Source of the DNA: Macrostomum lignano
Lineage: Eukaryota
Assembly: GCA_002269645.1 (NCBI GenBank)
Contig: NIVC01005052.1
Coordinates: 1 to 27,645 of the forward strand
Direction of reading: 5' to 3'
Length of the DNA stretch: 27,645 nt
In this document: piece by piece, positions 22,256 through 27,645 of the stretch
Layout of the letters: every line of letters starts with the position of its first letter
Position numbering within the stretch: the first letter of the stretch is position 1
Position numbers and translations under genes: made by a program
The notes under the pieces: model-generated
Database searches by the model: none
What the model saw: the letters and a program-made list of their open reading frames with translations, nothing else
Told to the model about the DNA's origin: nothing

Positions 22256-22835
22256 TCTGACTAGAAGTCTTTGTCCAATCTAAATCTGACTAGAAGTCTT
22301 TGTCCAATCTAAATCTGACTAGAGGTCTTTGTCCAATCTAAATCTTGTTCGTTTTTTGGGACGAGTAAGAAAATTGATCGAGTCTCAGCCTTTAGCTTAA
22401 CTCTGCAGACGCTTGGTCTTTTCAATTATATTTTGGCAACTCTTTAAGCCACCGAATTGAACTGTACAAATGTCCATAGACATCAATAGGATTCTCAGCC
22501 GTTGACGGCTACTAAGCAAAGTGCATTCTCTAATAAATAAAAGTTCATCACAGTGCTAACAAATCTGACTAGAGGTCTTTGTCCAATCTAAATCTGACTA
22601 GAGGTCTTTGTCCAATCTAAATCTGACTAGAGGTCTTTGTCCAATCTAAATCTGACTAGAGGTCTTTGTCCAATCTGAATCTGACTAGAGGTCTTTGTCC
22701 AATCTAAATCTGACTAGAGGTCTTTGTCCAATCTAAATCTGACTAGAGGTCTTTGTCCAATCTAAATCTGACTAGAGGTTCTTGTCCTATCTAAATCTGA
22801 AAAGAGGTCTTTGTCTTTGTCCAATCTAAATCTAG
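22256..22835 (+). repeat. 29-bp minisatellite TCTGACTAGAGGTCTTTGTCCAATCTAAA in two blocks (22256-22345, 22561-22835), PRORP intron 4
   Basis: Direct 29-bp periodicity. Confidence 0.93.
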
Positions 22836-22902
22836 GGTCTAGATACATACATAGTTTTACCATATTAAGTCCAGCATACTAAACAATATAACAAAGACTC
22901 AC

Positions 22903-23162
22903 CCATTGTGTATTGACCAGCCGGCCCCTGTGCAGCAGCAGATTGCTGGTGTCAACCACCAGATCGAAGGGCCCGTTAGCAGCCGACGTCTCAGCCAGCC
23001 AGCGCCTGTAGGCGGCCAAGACGGCCGGGGGCGCGGGCTGGCCGGCGCCGCCTGTCAGCACCCTGGAGACCGCGGCCAGGAGGTTGGCAACCTCGGCTTC
23101 GGTGGGCTCCGGCCGGTAGGCAGCTGGTGGAAAGCGGCAGCCGCAGGCTGGGCAGCTGCGAG
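22903..23162 (-). CDS. PRORP: PRORP exon 4 (Zn CxxC + first catalytic Asp)
   Basis: RSCPACG and GPFDLVVDTSNL match human GQCSGCG and PPFDVVIDGLNV. Acceptor cctatcAG| phase 1; donor TGG|GTGAGT phase 0. Confidence 0.88.
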
Positions 23163-23199
23163 CTGATAGGTGTTCGAGAATTGCCTTTTCGAGCTTATT

Positions 23200-23535
23200 T
23201 ATATGTACAGGTCTTTGTACCCAGCCTAAATTATATGCACAGGTCTTTGTATCCAGCCTAAATTATATGTTCAGGTCTTTGTACCCAGCCTAAATTATAT
23301 GCACAGGTCTTTGTACCCAGCCTAAATTATATGCACAGGTCTTTGTATCCAGCCTAAATTATATGTACGAGTTAAATTATCGTACAGATCTTTGTACACA
23401 GAATATATTATACGTATAGGTCTTTGTTTCCAGTCCATTTTGCCTACGTGTCTTTGTACCCAGCCTATTTTGTCACATGTTGGTCTTTGTCAAGCTCATA
23501 GTTGGTCCTTGTACAGCCTAGTTCAGGTCTTTGTT
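23200..23535 (+). repeat. 32-bp minisatellite CAGGTCTTTGTACCCAGCCTAAATTATATGCA, PRORP intron 3
   Basis: About 5-6 clean copies, then degenerate GGTCTTTGT copies. Confidence 0.9.
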
Positions 23536-23583
23536 CAGTCAATTTCAGTTGCTTTCCAACCTTCAAGCAGCCGTTTGGCTCAC

Positions 23584-23857
23584 CTCGAATTGTCGACGAA
23601 GTCGCCTCACTCTCCGACGTCAGGACGTCGCTCAGGCTGACCGGCTGCGCCGTCCAACGTCGACCGTCGGCACCCGGGCTGAGCTTGTTCAGCAGGTCCA
23701 CCAGAAGGGGCACCGCCGTGATGTTCACTGGCAGGCCTCGCCTGCTGGCCATGGGCCACAGCAAGCGGGCGTGGAGGTCGCTGGCGCTGCTCAGTCGCTT
23801 GGAGGCGGACAGCCCGTCCAAAAAGTCCTCGGTGAGGATTGGCAGCGCGCTGCGGAA
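23584..23857 (-). CDS. PRORP: PRORP exon 3
   Basis: Acceptor ctgtctgtccctcAG| phase 0; donor CGAG|GTGAGC phase 1. Ends ATSSTIR, matching human FTTVRK just before CxxC. Confidence 0.82.
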
Positions 23858-23904
23858 CTGAGGGACAGACAGCAGGCAGTTGAACCTTTGGTTCGGTTTC
23901 ATAC

Positions 23905-24600
23905 CAATCTCCAATGTCCATCCCGACACTCCGATGTCCATCCCGACACTCCAATGTCCATCCCGACACTCCAATGTCCATCCCGACACTCCAATGTCCA
24001 TCCCGACATTCCAAGTCTCCAATGACCACCGACACTCCAATGTCCATCCCGACATTCCAAGTCTCCAATGTCCATCCCGACATTCCAAGTCTCCAATGTC
24101 CATCCCGACATTCCAAGTCTCCAATGTCCATCCCGACATTCCAAGTCTCCAATGTCCATCCCGACATTCCAAGTCTCCAATGACCACCGACACTCCTATG
24201 TATATTCGATACTCCTAATGTCCATCCCGACACTCCAATGTCTATCCGACACTCCCAGTGTCCATCCCGACATTCCAATGTCCATCCCGACACTCCCAGT
24301 GTCCATCCTGAAACTCCAATGTCCATCCCGACACTCCCAGTGTCCATCCTGAAACTCCAATGTCCATCCCGACACTCCAATGTCCATCCTGAAACTCCAA
24401 TGTCCATCCCGACACTCCAATGTCCATCCTGAAACTCCAATGTCTATCCCGACACTTCAATGTCCATCCCGACATTCCCAGTGTCCATCCCGACACTCCC
24501 AGTGTCCATCCCGACATTCCAATGTCCATCCCCACACTCCAATGTCCACCCCGACACTCCAATGTCCATCCTCACACTCCCAGTGTCCATCCTGACACCC
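23905..24600 (+). repeat. 20-bp (with 21/28-bp variants) minisatellite CCAATGTCCATCCCGACACT, PRORP intron 2
   Basis: Direct periodicity; source of the ECRDGHW and MSIPT ORFs. Confidence 0.94.
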
Positions 24601-24656
24601 CGCCCATGCTGGACATCATCAAAGCATCCCTGACTGACACCCAGCAGCCCCCTTAC

Positions 24657-24841
24657 AAGCCGATCGTGGCCGCCAAACTCGCTGGTGTCCCAGGCCAGCT
24701 CCGCCGCAGAGTACAGCTCCAACAGCTCCTGTTCGGTGCCGTAGCGAGCAACCAGCGCAGGATTCTTCAATAGAAAACCGGGCGTTCCGGTCAACTCCGA
24801 TGCTGCCGGAGCCTCTGCTGGTTCTAAATCTTTGGCGCTGT
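24657..24841 (-). CDS. PRORP: PRORP exon 2 (predicted)
   Basis: Acceptor catttcccactcgcAG| phase 1; donor CTT|GTAAGG phase 0. Open frame; phases join exons 1 and 3. Confidence 0.75.
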
Positions 24842-24892
24842 CTGCGAGTGGGAAATGCGGGATGTACAGCAGAGCTGTATAACTTGGGCGAG

Positions 24893-25650
24893 GAGCACCG
24901 CTGCCCCCCCCCCCCCAGTGAGCACCGCTGCCCCCCGCCCCCTCGTTGAGCACCGCTGCCCCCCCTCGTTGAGCACCGCTGCCCCCCCTAGTGAGCACCG
25001 CTGCCCCCCCAGTGAACACCGCTGCCCCCCCAGTGAGCACCGCTGCCGCCCCCAGTGAACACCGCTGCCCCCCCCCCTAGTGAGCACCGCTGCCCCCCCA
25101 GTGAACACCGCTGCCCCCCCCCAGTGAGCACCGCCCCCCCCCCTAGTGAGCACCGATGCCTCCCGCCCCCTCGTTGAGCACCGCTGCCCCCCCCCCCAGT
25201 GAGCACCGATGCCTCCCGCCCCCTCGTTGAGCACCGTTGCCTCCCCTCGTTGAGCACCGCTGCCCCCCCCCCCCTAGTGAGCACCGCTGCCCCCCCCAGT
25301 GAACACCGCTGCCCCGACAGTGAGCACCGCCCCCCCCCCTAGTGAGCACCGCTGCCCCCCCCCAGTGAACACCGCTGCCCCCCCCCTAGTGAGCACCGCT
25401 GCCCCCCCCTAGTGAGCACCGCTGCCCCCCCCCCCAGTGAGCACCGCTGCCCCCCCCCAGTGAGCACCGCTGCCCCCCGTGAGCACCGCCCCCCCCTAGT
25501 GAGCACCGCTGCCCCCCCAGTGAACACCGCTGCCCCCCCCCCCAGTGAGCACCGCTGACCCCCCTAGTGAGCACCGCCCCCCCCCTAGTGAGCACCGCTG
25601 CCCCCCCCCAGTGAGCACCGCTGCTCCCCCTCCCCTAGCAAGCACCGCAG
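24893..25650 (+). repeat. ~19-24-bp C-run minisatellite GTGAGCACCGCTG(C)n(A/TA), PRORP intron 1
   Basis: About 36 copies varying in C-run length. Confidence 0.94.
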
Positions 25651-25656
25651 CCTCAC

Positions 25657-26371
25657 TGGCTAGCCGTTTCCAGCGCTCATACAGCCGCCTGTGGGGGTGC
25701 CTGCTCAGCAGCTTGCAGGCCACGGCCGACATGCTCCTCAGCTGGTCAGAGGAGGCGCCGCAGTCAAGCAGTCGCTCGAGGGCGCGGTGCACCAAGTCTG
25801 GACAGTCGCCAGCGGAACAGGCACTGGCCACGGCCAGCAGCGAGGTCGGGCAGCTCCGCAGCGGCTCCTCGGCCAGGCCATGACTGGCCAGGCTATGGAA
25901 CAGCTGGCCAGAGGCAGCGCCCGCCGATGTCAGCAGGCGCAGCAGCAGCGCCAGCCAGAGATGCCCGCCGCCGCCGCCTCTGCCCAACCGCCAACGCTCG
26001 GCTTCTTCTAGTAGGAATTGGCGCAGGCTGGCAAATGCTTTGGCATCAAGCGAGCAGTCAGCCGCAGCAGACAGAGCTACAGTTAGCTGGATTTGTGGCT
26101 GAGCACTGGGAAAATTGGCATAGCGGTTGCGCAGCTCTGCCAGCAGGCGGTTGGAACAGCTGCCAGTCTTTCTTTCATTGGCTTTGCTGAGGCTCTGCTG
26201 GGCCTCCTGAACTGCTGGCGACAGTGGTGGCAGAAACTCAAAGCTGGGCCGCTGGCCTTGGCCTGACCCTGACTGGCTGAGGCAGCGAATGTGGACTAAG
26301 GGCAGTAAGCGACTGGCTGCTGCCACTGCTTGCAGCATCTCCTTTGTGAAGATACTGCGAAGAAGTGTCAT
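25657..26371 (-). CDS. PRORP: PRORP coding exon 1 (mitochondrial presequence + helical/PPR-like region); alternative ATG at 26338
   Basis: ATG at 26371; MLQAVAAASRLLPLVHIRCLS is acid-free and presequence-like. Donor GCCA|GTGAGG phase 1. The six exons sum to 1998 nt (665 aa + stop). Confidence 0.78.
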
Positions 26372-26838
26372 TGTGATTCAGTTGAATGATTCAGATTTTG
26401 CCTGCAATAATTAAGTTTTATAAAATGTTGAAGAGGTTTATATTTGACTGTTCCTAAATTTAAAGTTGTAATATTTAAAAATCAAAAAAATCAAGAAGCT
26501 CTTTTAAGTCTTTTAAGACTATAGAATGCAAGGTCTATTTTTAAGAATTTCATTTGCAAAATTTATTTTGAAGACACTCTAATAGAGCCAATATTTTAAG
26601 TCTTAAAAGTTTTAATCTATAGGGCCTAGCTGCTGTCGATAAAGAATTAAAGAATTATCAAGACTAAAACCAAAGACCAATGTAAACAAGATTTGTAGCA
26701 AAGCAAAAACTTTATTACTCATCCATATAATTTTTGAGCTTTACTTCATCCATATACTAAAAATCTTTACTTCTAATACCTCTGAACTCAATAATCACTC
26801 TACTGTACTCTTCTGACTAACCAATCAACCAGCTGGTT

Positions 26839-27250
26839 GGTAAAGTGTAAAAAGTTACCCAGTTACCCAAAAATGTTACCTTCAAATTGCATTCAAAGAG
26901 CGCAATGAAATTGAAAATAACTTGCTATCGCCTATGCAGCATAAATCATAGAATAATTATTCATAAAATATAGATGATGAGGCCAATAAATGAGTGTTTA
27001 ATTGCTGGGTAAGACATTACCCAAAAACTTACCTGCAATTACCCAGGGTTTACACACGCTTACCCAATGAAAAAAAAAATTCTCTTGTGATTTATTTTAC
27101 CCATTCTATAAGCTTCTAACTTGCAATTGTAATTTGCACTAGACAAACGAAATCGAAATACAATATTATTTTCAATTTAATTGCGCTCTTTGAACGCAAT
27201 TTGAAGGTAACGTTTTCCCCAAAAAAACTGGGAACTTTTTACACTTTACC
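26839..27250. mobile_element. 412-bp MITE with ~82-bp TIRs, Merlin-like (MULE not excluded)
   Basis: GGTAAAGTGTAAAAAG...GAAAATAA is inverted at 27166-27250; direct flanks AGCTGGTT (26831-26838, 27251-27258). Confidence 0.82.
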
Positions 27251-27645
27251 AGCTGGTTGGTGGAGAGACTCATTCCTTGAAAATATAAAACTCGAATTTT
27301 TTAGCAGAAGCCTCAAAAGTAAATAATGAATTCGTAAAGCACCGTTTTTTTCTGGTTGTCTTTTTTATTTTTGTTTTGTTTTTTACTAATTCTATTGCTA
27401 ATCTTCTTGTATTTTTGTTAGTTTAGACCTAAGTAACAGAGTTTAAATTATGTTTATTCTATGAATACTTTGGATTGTAAAACCTTCAATCTTTCTCTTT
27501 CAGCCTTTTGTTTCGGAATAGAATTAAGAATTCTATTTTCATTAAATATTCATTATTCATTATTCAGTCATCAAAAATTGAATGAAACGGTTAACTAATT
27601 CTTGCATGCATTTTCATATTTTGGATGTAAAAGCATTCTACAGCT

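Noticed and set aside
26839-27110. TTACCC repeats as possible telomeric sequence
   Set aside because: The reverse complement GGGTAA is not TTAGGG, and the copies are dispersed inside a MITE.

Overview
Eukaryotic (animal) genomic DNA with three protein-coding genes. (1) An uninterrupted Slo1/BK channel ORF on + (~3982-7494) that has no in-frame ATG before its S0 helix. (2) A 3-exon GTF2H1 (TFIIH p62) gene on - (14679->11011). (3) A 6-exon PRORP/MRPP3 gene on - (26371->20690). Splice sites were read by hand and the phases close: about 617 aa and 665 aa. All seven introns carry a tandem array, with further arrays between genes (units of 4, 12, 19, ~20, 20/28, 29, 31, 32, 42 and 53 bp). There are several small DNA-transposon derivatives: two related hAT-type MITEs, a Harbinger internal-deletion element keeping the 5' stubs of both ORFs, and a Merlin/MULE-like MITE. 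A ~2.8 kb block is almost CpG-free and holds a cluster of TAGGCCTA palindromes. GC-rich exons with repeat-filled introns resemble a Macrostomum-type flatworm genome; this is inference only. Most supplied ORFs are repeat-derived or antisense shadows. The strongest lead is the Slo1 gene: intronless, ATG-less, with a signal-peptide-like leader and an altered Mg2+ site, possibly given its start codon by spliced-leader trans-splicing.
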